Both the position numbers and the translations under genes were made by a program. 64,000 nucleotides of DNA from Antedon mediterranea (Eukaryota > Animalia > Echinodermata), in NCBI RefSeq assembly GCF_964355755.1, contig NC_092675.1, forward strand, positions 7,931,812 to 7,995,811. Direction: 5' to 3'. Below the pieces are notes generated by a model. That model saw only the letters and a list, made by a program, of their open reading frames with translations. It ran no database searches and was not told where the DNA came from. Below are positions 13,561-26,643 of this stretch, piece by piece (the stretch's first letter is position 1; every line of letters begins with the position of its first letter).

Positions 13561-14396
13561 AACCTATCTTTGTTAGCTGCTGGGATTTTTTTAATTAATA
13601 ACATGGGACTCAAGTATACCAATTAAACAAATGTTTGTAAAATATTAAAATAATATTAATAGTAATAAATATAAAATAATGAAAATCGTATAATGGATAC
13701 AAGAAATTCGCGTATGCTGTCTCATTGCAACTATTATTATATTATCAGGAAAGAGTGAAATGATTGAAATGTCACTGTTGCTTATTAATATTATGTAACA
13801 TTGTGTCGATATATAAAAAAACAAACTTCATCTCATTTTGACGTCGAGTTTTATTTTTATTTCATCTTACTACCCTACAGTAGGCTAAATACTAATTCTT
13901 TTTAAATATAAAAGTGAGTTACAATTTAAAAGAATGTTATAAACGTAACGCATTCATCGGAATTTGGAGCCTACATGTATTTTACATGGTTGTGGATCTG
14001 TATATTGTACATTATGTGTGTTTAGCCATCATGGACAAACCGATCGTTACAAAATGTACTTTTTTCACTAATGTCAAATAAATGATGTTTACTCTGCTTA
14101 ATGAGGCAACTAACTTTATTTTTATAGATTTTATTTTCTCAATATTATATTGTATATTACATTTGCCTAAATAATTCATAGGCATAGATACAATTTTAAA
14201 CCGGCGATCTAAATTAATAAATTATTTTTGTTATCAAATTAATTTTTAAAACAGTAAAGATGAGGAAATCTGTGAGAATGAAAAAAAAACACGAATAATA
14301 TATAATTCAACATTAGACACATAGTATTGGTATAATTGCCTGGTATTTTCAAATTCCATTACTTATTTTTGCATACAATTTGCATACTAATTATTA

Positions 14397-17141
14397 TTAG
14401 TCACACAGTTCACACGTTTTTCTGCAACTTTGTTCTACGTAGGCTCTGTACTCCTTTAGCTTGCAAATGTATGGTTTGGTCGGGCAATCGGGGTCTTCAT
14501 CTGTACACACATCGTTCGATTCCGTTTGAGCTGTAAAAAGGAAAAACGAAGGTTGCTCAGTGTGAGAGGAATAGATAGATGGATAGTCGACGCAAAAAAA
14601 AAACGTATGGAAAGTTAATCATTGTAAAATAATTATTTTTGTTGATGTTTGTGAATAACTTTATTAAAACTGCGAAATGGCCTATTTAAAGTCTTCATTT
14701 TTCATCTTTTTGGAGGACAATATACATCTTTTAGAAAAATACTAAAATATCCACTGTTAACCTAATATCCCCACAATTGTTTTTAAAGCTCTGTCTACAC
14801 TATCAAACTTTATGTGACAAGAAATGTGACGGATATGATGATGTCATATTACTACCGTATTTGAGCACATCACACTTGTGTTGTCAAACTAGTTTGACAG
14901 TGTAGACACAGCTTTGGATGGGTGGTTTTATCAGCGAGATGCTCGCCAATACAAGTTTTAGAAAACACTTTTTTTATTTTATTATTTATTTCATAATCTC
15001 ATTCAACAGCTGGAAACCCGCCCCTTACAGAATGGAATAATATTTCCTAATGTGTTTATATATATATATATATATATATACCATGAAAGCCCCAGTGGTC
15101 TAATGGTTAGGACATCTGCATATCAAGCAGACGGTCCGAGTTTGAGTCTCGGTTGGGGCGACTTTTTCTCATTCTCACAGATTTCCTCATCTTTATCGTT
15201 TCAAATTAATTAATTAAATTTCAGTATATATATACCTTTAGACCTATACAATACAAAGTTATACAATCTTACTAATTTTATTACAAAAACAATTATAACG
15301 GTCAAAAAAGAGATCAATAGAATTATCTTTAAGAAAACAATTATTAAAAAGAAGACAAATACGTGAGATAAATCCATTCTTGGTAACATTGACACGACAA
15401 TACGGCACATAAAGAAGATTACATTTAGAATTAAGAGTACGACAACCAACAGCTTTAACATGAAAGAAAAACAAGGAGATAAAATTACAATTGAAACGTG
15501 AATTCATACATTTATATAAAAAAGATCGAAAACATGGAACGACGAGAGACAAGAGAAGGGAGAGAGAGACAGATAAAGGAGGGCAGTGGCAAGTAGAATA
15601 TACAAAACGTACAAAACGATCTTGCTTGATTAATGCTGTAATCATAATATTGAATATATTGTCTTTTCTTTGTAATCGTCATAATTTTGCATTTTGGTAA
15701 GTTTACTTGAAGGGAAACGGTATCATTAGGGGCCATTGATATTAAAGAGTTTAAGATCATCCGCAACATCCTTTAACAAAGCATGTCCCGATCAAACGCT
15801 ACTGTACTGTAATGTTGATCAACTAAGGAGGTAAAGGTCCCGTATTCAATTCTGAACATAGGGTAATGAGCTGTTAGGAGCTCATTTGACAAGCCTCTGC
15901 ATTATGTAGTAGGGTGGCCAGTTCCTTTCCATGCCACCTTACCCTCCCTTGTTTTTTCAACCAGGTACTCATTTACAGCTGAGTAGACTTGGAGTTATCG
16001 GGAATTGAACCCAGGTTTCTCTGTGTGACAGTCAATTGTGGCCTAACCCCTCGACTACCTTTGATCAACTACGCTTTAAAATGATAACAATGGTTTCTTA
16101 CTCTCAATGCAAAAGCCGCAGGTTTTTGGACAATTGTTGTTAACGAAAGATTCAGCTACCGACATATCACAGTACTCGGCGTAGAATGGGCAATCTGGAT
16201 CACTATCCTCGCAAACTTCAAACTCCGAATCACCTAATACAGTTTAAAATAAATTATATCAAGACAATCTCATATATTTTGCTTTAAACTGTGAAATGGA
16301 AACAAGAAATAAATTTCTTTAAATTATCCATCTAAACTGAAGAAATACTAGGCTACAATTAGGAAAAAAAAACCGATCAACCCAGCATTCCTGATGAGAA
16401 AGTAAAATGAACCAAAAAGTCATATGGATTCACAAAATTATCGAACATACCTGCTGAATACTGTTGATGGCATAAAGAAAAAATAAATCATTTATTTTTA
16501 GTAACATGTTATACTATCAGCAATTTACATCGAAAGATTCATTAATTAGCCATGTGGCATTTATAAAAACATAAGAAGATCTAAAAATAATTCGTACATC
16601 CATTAAAGCAATGAACACATTTAGACCTACACATTTTGTATAGGATTTTTATAATTTAAATGAACTGTTAAAAAAAAGAAAGTTCGATTATCGAACTTTG
16701 ATAGTGAGATAAGACCATTTGCGCTTTCTGTCAGAAGCCACGATACTGCACAATGTGTCTACAGTCACTAGACATGAAACCGTTTGTGTGGATAAGAACC
16801 CAGTATTACACTGGCATGGTATGACTATGGTGCTAGCTTCCATGTCAACCGACAGTTCCTATACTGAGCAGCTTCCCCTTGTCACTTCTCACGTCGTCTA
16901 CAAGCTGGTGCACTTAGACCGGGACGTCAACGTGTTGTATAATGTGTAGGCCTAAATGCTGGTGTAAGTTCTGATGGGAAGAGGTATTACACATCTACTG
17001 TACAGATCTCATCTGATGCTGAATTATCAATTTAACACTATAAATTATTTTACTAATAATAAATAATAGTTTAACATAAATTACCTTTAAACTGACACAG
17101 ACTGCTACTGTAAGAAACACAGCACTGAATCGTATACTCAT
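14397..17141 (-). CDS. Secreted protein with two ShK domains (ShK gene B), about 110 aa
   Basis: Exons 17141-17085 (MSIRFSAVFLTVAVCVSLK), 16460-16451 (10-nt micro-exon, YSA), 16233-16102 (GDSEFEVCEDSDPDCPFYAEYCDMSVAESFVNNNCPKTCGFCIE) and 14530-14397 (TQTESNDVCTDEDPDCPTKPYICKLKEYRAYVEQSCRKTCELCD*). All are GT-AG and in phase. Both domains show CxD...C...C...CxKTCxxC. Joining the last exon to this gene is an inference. Confidence 0.8.
15081..15225 (+). mobile_element. tRNA-headed repeat in a (TA)n tract; 15089-15160 folds as a cloverleaf with anticodon ATC
   Basis: Paired stems GCCCCAG/TTGGGGC, GTCT/GGAC, TCTGC/GCAGA and CCGAG/CTCGG, with a non-canonical T-loop TTTGAGT and a following TTTTT. 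The flanking body recurs at 5635-5775, about 14250-14290 and about 46965-47020. Confidence 0.7.
15826..16060 (-). mobile_element. tRNA-derived SINE with a Deu/Nin-like core and an 11-bp target-site duplication
   Basis: B-box ggttcaattccc and core gtctactcagctgtaaatgagtacctgg. The TSD ttgatcaacta is at 15815-15825 and 16061-16071. Confidence 0.8.
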
Positions 17142-18374
17142 TTTGTTCACAGATACCTTTTCCAAGTTGTAAAATACAATGGAGGCCTAACTAAACAACG
17201 AGGTGTTTGTACACGAAGGAAGTTCAATGAATTGTAAAATCATATCTATATTTTCACAATTTTATATGACTGTGTTATTTACAAACATAATGATGATAGA
17301 TGACTAATCAACCAACGTCTCTTGTTGTTTCAACATTTTGACGCCCGTACATTTTAAGAACGATTTTGGAATTGTAAGTTGTTGAATTGACGATCTTAAA
17401 AGCTTGGAAATGAAGGGGAACAGTAATGATTGTGAAGATGATGAGTTATAAGTAGGACCGTATTTGGAGCGGAATAAACACCTCGTGTTAGTCTGGTTGT
17501 ACTTTTAATAATGCTTGCAATAAACCTTCGCTCAGGCTTATACACATATACCACTTAATTATCCAAATTACTTGACTGGATACGCCTATTGCAAATGCAT
17601 CTCATAAATGAAAGTTATTTAAACAAGGGAAAAAACGCACAATTAATAATCCGAACCAATGAAATAATGAAGCAATGACCAATCACCAATCACCAATCAC
17701 CAATCAAGGCACCTAATACGATTCCCTTATTAATTATTTACATTATTCTAAATATTTTCGATAATTTTTACTCTCCTGCCAAAAACCCACAGTTCACGTT
17801 CTCTCTTAAAAAGTAATTTTATGACCATGCCATTTATTATATCGCTAAGTAAAATCAGTCAACTAAGAAATATAGAGGATAATATCAACTTACTTTAATT
17901 GTAAATATTTGCTTTTATAATAATTGTTTGTGTTGTTATTAGGCCTATTTAGACGACGCGAAGGCGGTATTATAATCATGCATTTTTAATAGCTAAACAA
18001 TACTACACAAATGAGAATTAAGTTCAGGTAACCAAACTATAGATAAAAAAACAACAAGACAATTATTATTGATAGAATTTTATTTTACTGGATGACAAAT
18101 ATATTAAGAATTAAAACTATACGTGTAAGGTCTACGACACAATATTAGATCTACTTTTAAAAAAGAAAATAGGAATATTTTATTTAATTGGTTACATCAA
18201 TATTTGATTGATCCTCTAGTAGTACCGTTTTGATTTTACGATCAATCGGTAAATTACCACACATAATTATAATAAGTATGTTCGACTAATTAAAATTGTC
18301 AATTTAGTTGTTTAACTGTAATCGGAAAGTGTTATGGTCTCCACCTTTCTCGAACTTCCGCTTCCATTCCGTAT

Positions 18375-21182
18375 TTCTGAAGAGAAAATTAATAAAAGAT
18401 ATATCAAGTTTATCTTGTGCAAGGAAATTTCGAATGCATACGGCACCATCGTCAATTATTAGTCGAAGTTTTAACTTAATATTAGTAAAAAGATCAATAT
18501 TTTGGCACTAATGGCGTTTCATATGTATACTACTCAAAATAAATCATTACAGACTTGGGAAAGTATACGTCAAATTGTTCTTATCATCGTCATCAATATA
18601 CCCGTCATATTAATTCCAAAAGAAATACTTCATTACATCATGGTTCAATCAAATCGAGTTTAGTAGCCATATTCACCATTCGCACTAATACTTACTTAAT
18701 CTTCTATCTATGTTAATACAATTTAAGGGAAATATCTTAAATTGAATGAAGTGAAATTATTAACATTTTTTTAAGTGTAATTGGGAAATACGGCCACAGC
18801 TTAATTTCAGCCAATTCTCGGTACTGTATCTATTTCCGAAGTATCATAGGAACATTTGGTAAACATCACATGTGTTTACATGTATCTTATAATAGTAGCT
18901 CAACCTAACCTTATATGATACAGGCACCATATGTGATATAAATGAGATGTTGTATTACCAAATATTCCTATGATAGGCCTACTTAAAAAAAAGATAATAT
19001 GTGGAGATACAGCATAGGGAATCCCATTTTTATCGTCTGAACAGAGCTTTATCTGAGTCGTGTTAACTTACATTTACATGCCCCACATGTCTTCATGCAT
19101 CCCGTTGCAGCCATCGCCTGCTTAGGATCATTGCAACCTTTGAACACTCGACAGTCATCACGGTAATCTTGGCATTCGGCTGTTGGTTAAATTGTTAAAG
19201 ATCGATTAAAATTATTGCTAAATGTATGTATACTTTTAAATTAGTCTGTGTTCTATAGTACAAATGGTAGACAATCTCAAATAATTAGAAAAATTTAATA
19301 AGCGAAAGATGTACACGTCACTGTTACATAACGTGTATTAAAGGTATTTAATATGCATCTATGTGTGTATCAATGACTTTCAATAGTCAGTTAGGATGTA
19401 CCTAATGACAGCTTTAGCGAAATTCCACAGAAAATCAGAAGATTTAGTATTCTACCGCTTGAAGAAGATACCGGAGGGATATTTAAACAAACAATAAAAT
19501 GGCGTTAATGCAAAACGTGATGGTTGACTGTAATACTTACCATTTGCTGATGCTTTCTCTACCTATAAAAGAAAAAACATACACCATTTAATCAGGGAAG
19601 AGTTAAATTATAATTTAACTCTTCCCTGATTTAATGATGAATAGATTTTTATATTATTGGAGTGTTAATTTTAATTACTAATCCACTGCAATAATACAAT
19701 AAACGTCAAAAACGTCACCGACGAAGATAATTTATATTATCTATTCAACAAGATATCCAACATGTTCATTTACAGTGTAACGTAGCTTATACAATACTCT
19801 CGCAGTGTTTATCGAGGACTCAGCTACAGTTCACTTAGGTCGAGCCTGGTCTCCCCAAATTCAGTTTTTTTTGTTATGTATATAATGAAATAGGAATAAA
19901 ATAATGAAATGAAATGATTATTTACCCGGTCGCCTTTTTAATAGACATAATGAAGACTGTGTCCGAGGATCTGTCACGATAAATATGGTCCGGGGCCAAA
20001 ATCGGTCCGCCACTGCCAAAATCGGTCCGGGATTTTCTTCTGTCAATTTTAATTAAATTACTAGGCCTATGATGCTGTTTTAAGTTGATTATGGCTAGAA
20101 AAATATCCCATGATATATTAGTAAGTTATCTTGTCGGATAAATACTATAAATAAATGTATTTTGGCTCTAAAATTGTGGCCAAAAGCAGTCCGCCACTGC
20201 CAAAATCGGTCCGGGATTTTCTTCTGTCGATTTTAATTAAATTACTAGGCCTATGATGCTGTTTTAAGTTGTTTATGGCTGGAAAAATATTCCATGATAT
20301 ATATTAGTAAGTTATCTTGTCGGATAAATACTATAAATAAATGTATTTTATCTAAAAACATGACTTAGGTGTTCACTCATATTTGGGCCTGCCACACACT
20401 CTCATGAACGGGTATGAGACGCTGATATTGCCAGCTAGATTTTATTTATGTTTGAGTCCTTTTTCCTTCCTCAGCCTAATCAATATTGGATAATTGTTTT
20501 ATAATAATTGTATTGAATTGATATATTGATTGATTAACCATAAATAAATTGTTTTTAACATCATGGGGAAACGAAGATGTTAAAAAAGAACAAAATAGAT
20601 TAAAAACAGGCAGAGATACATATTGTATACAAAAAGCCCAACAATTAGTACTTATTATTGATGAGTTACTACTAATAATGATATTAACAAAAACAGGCTT
20701 AAATTATAATATTAAAATAACAAATAAAACCCCATAGTTTTCAATATAATGACTAATCATGGCCTTTTTGTAATGATATATGCATTATGAATCATTTTGC
20801 TCACCATATATTTGTAAGACCGGACCATATTTGGCGGCCAAAAACAGTCCTACTGCCCGGACCGATTTTATCCAGACCGGACCAGTTTTGGCGGCCAAAA
20901 TTGGTCCGGCCGGACAGGTTTTGGCCGCCATAAATGGTCCCCCGGACTGATTTTGGCAGCCAAAACTGGTCCGCCGGACCGATTTTGGCCCGGACTGATT
21001 TTGGTGTGACAGACGTCGACCCTTCAGACAGAGAATACAGTGTGCATTTCTTCTTATCTTTCTCACAGATGGATATTATATCTGGAATAAAAGAATGAAT
21101 GAGAAAATAAAGTTTTACTTACTGGCAGAATAACTCCAAAAATAAGTACACTGACAAAAAGACAGATCAGAAACTTGTCCAT
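18375..21182 (-). CDS. Secreted single-ShK-domain peptide (ShK gene A), 63 aa
   Basis: Exons 21182-21123 (MDKFLICLFVSVLIFGVILP), 19562-19541 (VEKASAN) and 19179-19072 (AECQDYRDDCRVFKGCNDPKQAMAATGCMKTCGACK). The stop T|AA is completed by the exon starting at 18376. Minus-strand AATAAA lies near 18080. Confidence 0.85.
19971..21012. mobile_element. Non-autonomous DNA transposon in intron 1 of ShK gene A
   Basis: Termini CTGTCAC...GTGACAG, inverted subterminal arrays of gccaaaatcggtcc / ggaccgattttggc, and an internal direct duplication of about 185 bp. Confidence 0.75.
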
Positions 21183-22659
21183 GTTTATACTGATGTCTTG
21201 AGCTGAATGTTCGTAATTATTCTCCTATGTACGGCTGTCACAGTTATAAGTATATATGTTCTTTCAAAGTTGTTATCCTTTTATAAGACAAAAGGTGATA
21301 GAAATTACCTTTTGAAAGGTTCGTATTTTCATATTTATCTGATAAGTATGTATTATATCTTATTTAGTGTTATTTTGTCACTTACCGTAATTTGAATTAG
21401 AAATAAATTCGCAATTATTCTCAGGGTTTTATCAGCATAAAGTGCAAATGTGTACTAGTTTGTTAATATTGTTAATAGAGCAGTTTTTGTTATTCTTTTG
21501 ATTACTATAACCGGATTGTATTATCTTTAAAACTACTAATAACAATACGAATTAAACGCAAACACGTTACTTTATCTTATTTTGTTGAGGGCATCAGGTA
21601 ACGTGTGAACAAATAAGTTATTGTACATTTTACATGAACAGGTCGAATAGAGAACCTCTATTATAGGGACACCACCATCATCGGTGGAACCCAACAAAGT
21701 ATCCCTATAATAGGGGTTCACCTGAATAGCGGTGTCCCAAGTATTAGCCTAGATGGTATAATAGGTCTAGTTTAATCCTGTGTAGCTTTCAAGTTTCGTT
21801 TTCAACCCTGGATGATTTCCTTTATAAAGAATAGCTGGAAAATATTGGTATTTACCTAATTTCTAGATTAATAGATTTCAGTACCACATCTTCCTTTTTT
21901 TTACAGCCGAATCTTGTATGGTGTCTGGTGTTTTTGGCGCATTTAGTGGAGATCTAGATAATTATGTCAATTCAGCCGTTTTTTCCATCTAAATGAAAAA
22001 TTAGGCCTACAGTTAATGTTGATGAAAAAACTGACACTTGTAGTAAAGAGAGAAGAGAAGATACTATTTTTGTCAAATGTTCTTTAAACGTCAATTCGAC
22101 GTAAGAATAAAATACTTAGTAAAGCTTAAAATGGCGTATCTTTATTTTCTAAAAAAATGTAGACATTATTTGATATTCACATTCCGCGACATTAACCTTA
22201 TACGAATAATTATGTAGTATTCACATTAGAAGCAACATGTCTTAAAATGTGGTTAAACATATTTAAAGTTCGTAAAAGACTATTAGTATTACGATAAAAG
22301 TATAATGTATACTAAATGTATTGAGTATCTGTATTTGTATCAGCCAATTAGGTATAGATCATTAAGTTTTAGGCCAATTTCTAACATATGTTACAAATCG
22401 TAAGACGTTATTTAGCATAATTTCTGCAGTAATAATTGCTTACAGTTGCTTTATTGCCATATTTGTATCTGATAACCGTGTTTAAGATAACCTAGTTTTA
22501 GTAATCGACTGTAGAATCCAAATGCCGTTTAAATGATGAAATACTGTCTTAAAATGTAAATTTGGGCTGCGGCTTATATGCCTACTCGTCTATTCAGTTA
22601 TGTGTTGGTAAAATTACTTTAGCGTTACTTTTATCGTTACTTAAAGTCTATGTCTTTAT

Positions 22660-22970
22660 ACCGGAACATCATTAACAACATAAATATCACCATCATCTTC
22701 ATCATCGTTGTATGAAGCATCATCAAAATCATTGTCATAATCAGGCCAACAACGTTAACTCTACACGGCATTGGAATCACAATTATCAAAACGTCATCAT
22801 AACTAGTGTAATAATCATCCTCATCCCATTGCGTAATCATCAGCATCGCCGTATCTCTGACGTCATCATAATCATTACCATCGTGTATTAACAGTATCAG
22901 CATATTCTTACCTCATCATCATCATCATCATCATCATCACCATCATCATTATCATCATCACCACTGTCAT
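22660..22970. repeat. Degenerate (CAT)n microsatellite
   Basis: catcatcat runs; they explain the spurious ORF at 22637-22903. Confidence 0.85.
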
Positions 22971-23994
22971 CCTCAGAATCCCCATATTAAATCCAACAAT
23001 AAGAACAGACAACTATATTTGGTTCAATTTGATATTTATTACGATTTTCTGAACGAAACTTCGAAATAATTAAATAAAGTTTATAAGAAGTCAATAACGT
23101 GATACAATAATCTAACTGATAAATGAAACTAATGTAAATAACAAAATAATCTGATTGGTCAATGCAATCAGGTGATCGTAGACCATAATGTTTTTATTTC
23201 TGTATTGATGTATACGATTTTAGAAATAATTAATTGTTAAAGATGTTGGCATCAAAAAGGCAAAATAAACTAACTTAAATAATCTCAAGTTTTATAACAA
23301 CTACAGTGAATTAAAATAGATTGGTTGCCACGGACTATTGTATTGTTTAAACAGTGACTCTTGTGAAAGCTTGGTTCTTACCAATCTGAAAGAAGAAAGG
23401 AAATAATGTTGAAATACAAGTTTACAAGGCATATATTATATCTACAGTTAGGGGGGAAAATAATGGCAAAATCAGCACTGTGGTCATGTTAGTTGTCAAC
23501 ACAATATAGAGTATCGGATAAACTCCTAGAAAGTAGGCAGCCTTTTGCCATTTTCCCCTGACTATAAGCCTATGAGCGAACAGGAAAGTGAGCGTCATTG
23601 ATGGCAGCTAGCTCAACACGAATGGCCGGACCCTTCAGCTTTGTTCCCACATACGATACAAGTCGACCAATCACAGGCGACAGCTCGTAAGATCCATCGC
23701 TTGCAATTGGTCAATTCACTTGAATTGCGCTTACAGTACGTCCCTGCGTTGAGTCCAAGTGAGAACCAATCTTTAGGGATTAGGAGAGATTAGTCATTTT
23801 ATTTAATCTACCGTAGTTCACTGCGCTTTGAGACGACATTGCAAATGCGTGTACGGTGTCCATCATTCGTTATAAGGAATATGAAGATAGTTCGTTTACC
23901 ATCAATGCGGTCCGATATTATCACTTTATACGTCACAATAATTCTAATCAACTGTATTGCTATACAATAGGCATAAAATATGAATACTTACTCG

Positions 23995-26555
23995 CTAACA
24001 GAATTTGCACGTTTTAAAGCAGTTGTATACCATATCTGGGTCTACGTCTTCCGAATCACAGTTTCCAGCTATGGATGCACAGTCTGTGCCAGGTGTGTCG
24101 GCGCATTCAAACTCTATGTAAAATATACAATGAAAATAATGTCTAAACGGTAATGATTTGGAATCCTCTACTTTATATAGAGACGGCCTATTACTTATTT
24201 TTATTTTATATCTGTAGGCACATGTGGACAAGGATTAGTAAATATTAAATCAATCACTGTGCTATCAGATAGTATTAATACCCCTGATACAGGGGCTATT
24301 TTGTAAACCAGTTCACCTACTCGTCTCGAATGATGAACTGGGTTCTTTAAATTGCACACAGGTTGTAACTGTGTACACTGGACCTACAGTTTATAGTCCT
24401 TATCCGAGAAGACTTGTTCCACCACCAGAATTAGGAACGAGTCGGCATCGAACCCTTGCCGATTTTGTTGACTCTTTAGGCACGGTAAACGGCGCCCCTG
24501 CCTTAACCCCTAAGCCATTTAGTTCATAACACATTATGAGGAAGACGAAGAGGAGAAGATAATGTATCATCTATTATATTAAACAACGATTTTAGGGACT
24601 ACATATATTTCCCTATATACATTTTTCATTTAGCATTCATTCAACAATACATTAAAAATAAATAACAAAGAAAAAAAAAATAATTGGAATATTAAAATTG
24701 AAGAAATCAAAGTGAATGGATGCAATGACGACCCATAATATCGACATGTCAATTTATTTCCAATGGGGTCCATTGCAAGCGAAATCGGAGATGTGAAAGA
24801 GAACAAGGATCATAAGAGGAGCATATGGAAATGTGAAAAACATAATAAAAAATCACATATAAAACGTTGAAAAGATAATATAAAAAAAGTACAATAAAAA
24901 AAAATATATAAAGTGAAGAGCAACAATATCATAAAACCGCAATATATAGAATCAGATAGGAATATCAGCGATGAGATACTTTCTTAATTTCTTAAAATTA
25001 GATTGATTATTGATAGATTTTAGATCATTGGGAAGAGCATTCCAGTCCTTGATTCCTATATTGTAGAAAGCTTTAGATTCGATACCCCTAGCTCTGTGAA
25101 CAATAAAGTCAATATAGTCAACGACAGCTTGTTATTAATAAACGTAATCTAATTTACGGAAGATGGAATTTTCAGTCTCCTGTTCTCAAATAAAGATGTT
25201 GAAAATATCGTCGGTGCAACTCTACTAAAAGACTATAAATGTTCACTACCTGAAGTACATAGCCCATATCTGACGAGAACCAAATAACTCATTAACAAAA
25301 CGAATGCTCTTTGCACAAGCCCGAAAACCATACTATCGTGACCCATGGATCAAATTAAGCAATCTCCTTCAGTGCGATCCTAGTCAAGCTAAGAAGCTAA
25401 CCCAGTCAAGGAAGCCCTTCAACAGTCGGACCCAGCATATATTTGGATGCTAGAGAAGACTGCCTCTTGGGATGCGACTGGCCTCAGTGGGAGGAACGAA
25501 ACTGTACTGTACTCTTAGTTTTGAGGGACAATATATTATAAATAATTCTATTTTAGTTTAGCAAACAGAGAGAATTACGTACCAGTGATTTCGTTGTCGG
25601 TACAGCTCGACTGTGAAAAAAAAAAAAAAAAAAAGTTATTGCGGTAATAATCTATTTTATTTTAGTGCCACTGCATAATGGCATGAAAATAATATGTCTT
25701 CTTTTTTTCTCAAACGCAACAGACAATTTAACTACAACACACAAAAAACCCGAAATTTATTGTGTAACAACAAATAAAACTGTATTGGTTTTTTGTAAAA
25801 CAATTCCATGATGTTTCATCTAGCGGGTCTTTAATCTGCAATAAGTAGGCCTAATAAAGCATGGTTGAGAATGTCTCGACGTCCCTGTTGTTATCCTACA
25901 ACCGTCTTCTGTTTGACAGTTCTTTCTCCTTGTTTTAAGCACATGGTGTACTGTAAACCTTTTCTGTGTTTATTCACCATATACGAAATGTTTTGTATGC
26001 TTCAATCCTGGTCTAAATTTTTAATATAATATTGTGTTAGTCAAACAAAGCCTGATGCACTAATGTTAAATCGACTAATGCTCTGTCTACACTATCAAAC
26101 TAGATTGACCAACAAAAAGCGTGATGTGCCTAAATATGGTAGTGATATGCTGAAATATGGTAGTGATATGACATCATCATATCCATATATGGACAGATTA
26201 TAGTTGTCACATACAGTTTGATAGTGTAGACAGAGCTCGTGCGCGTCACTTTCCACCAGGCTATTATCCTGGAAACGAACCGGTAGGATTACTGTAATCA
26301 CATTTTCAGTATACGTATGTTTATATTATAAGAACACACTGGATTATTAGTTTTAATTTACATATTGCTTGACCATAAAATGGTGAATTTAGTTGATCAC
26401 CAGCCATGACAATTAAGTTATCTACTGATTAAATGCTACCTTTTTAAACTAAAACATCGTGTATTTGTAGGTATCAAACTATTTAGAAAACTCACCATTT
26501 GGATCAGGCTGAGAGCCATCATTCCGATGAGAATAAATACTAAAGTCTTCGACAT
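23995..26555 (-). CDS. Secreted single-ShK-domain peptide (ShK gene C), 68 aa, strongly acidic
   Basis: Exons 26555-26496 (MSKTLVFILIGMMALSLIQM), 25610-25583 (SSCTDNEIT) and 24113-23995 (EFECADTPGTDCASIAGNCDSEDVDPDMVYNCFKTCKFC*). A donor sits 3 nt after the stop and a 3'UTR exon starts at 23385. Confidence 0.9.
24270..24520 (-). mobile_element. tRNA-derived SINE with a Meta-like central domain
   Basis: The minus strand has ggttcgatgcc, then tctcggataaggactataaactgtaggtccagtg...tttaaagaaccc...gagtagg. A second copy is at about 34545-34790. Confidence 0.7.
24650..25110 (-). mobile_element. CR1/L2-group LINE 3' end fragment
   Basis: Minus-strand translation SKAFYNIGIKDWNALPNDLKSI, followed by a 3'UTR with a ggacccc...gggtc hairpin. 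Confidence 0.6.
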
Positions 26556-26643
26556 CTTGTAAGTGGTGTTGTCTCAGGAACAAGTATGTGATATTGATGA
26601 TGACAAGTTAAGTTGTTAATTCTGGCAGGTTAAAACCTCACTA

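Noticed and set aside
15089-15160. Functional tRNA-Asp gene
   Set aside because: Non-standard anticodon loop and T-loop, and it sits in a repeat whose flanks recur. Kept only as a tRNA-like element.
17085-17157. Alternative Cys-rich reading (CICEQNEYTIQCCVSYSSSLCQFK) as an internal exon linking genes A and B
   Set aside because: The acceptor lacks a pyrimidine tract. The other frame gives a clean ATG-initiated signal peptide with the family's phase-0 donor.
20785-21066. 93-aa ORF with GP-rich repeats
   Set aside because: It is a translation of transposon subterminal repeats.
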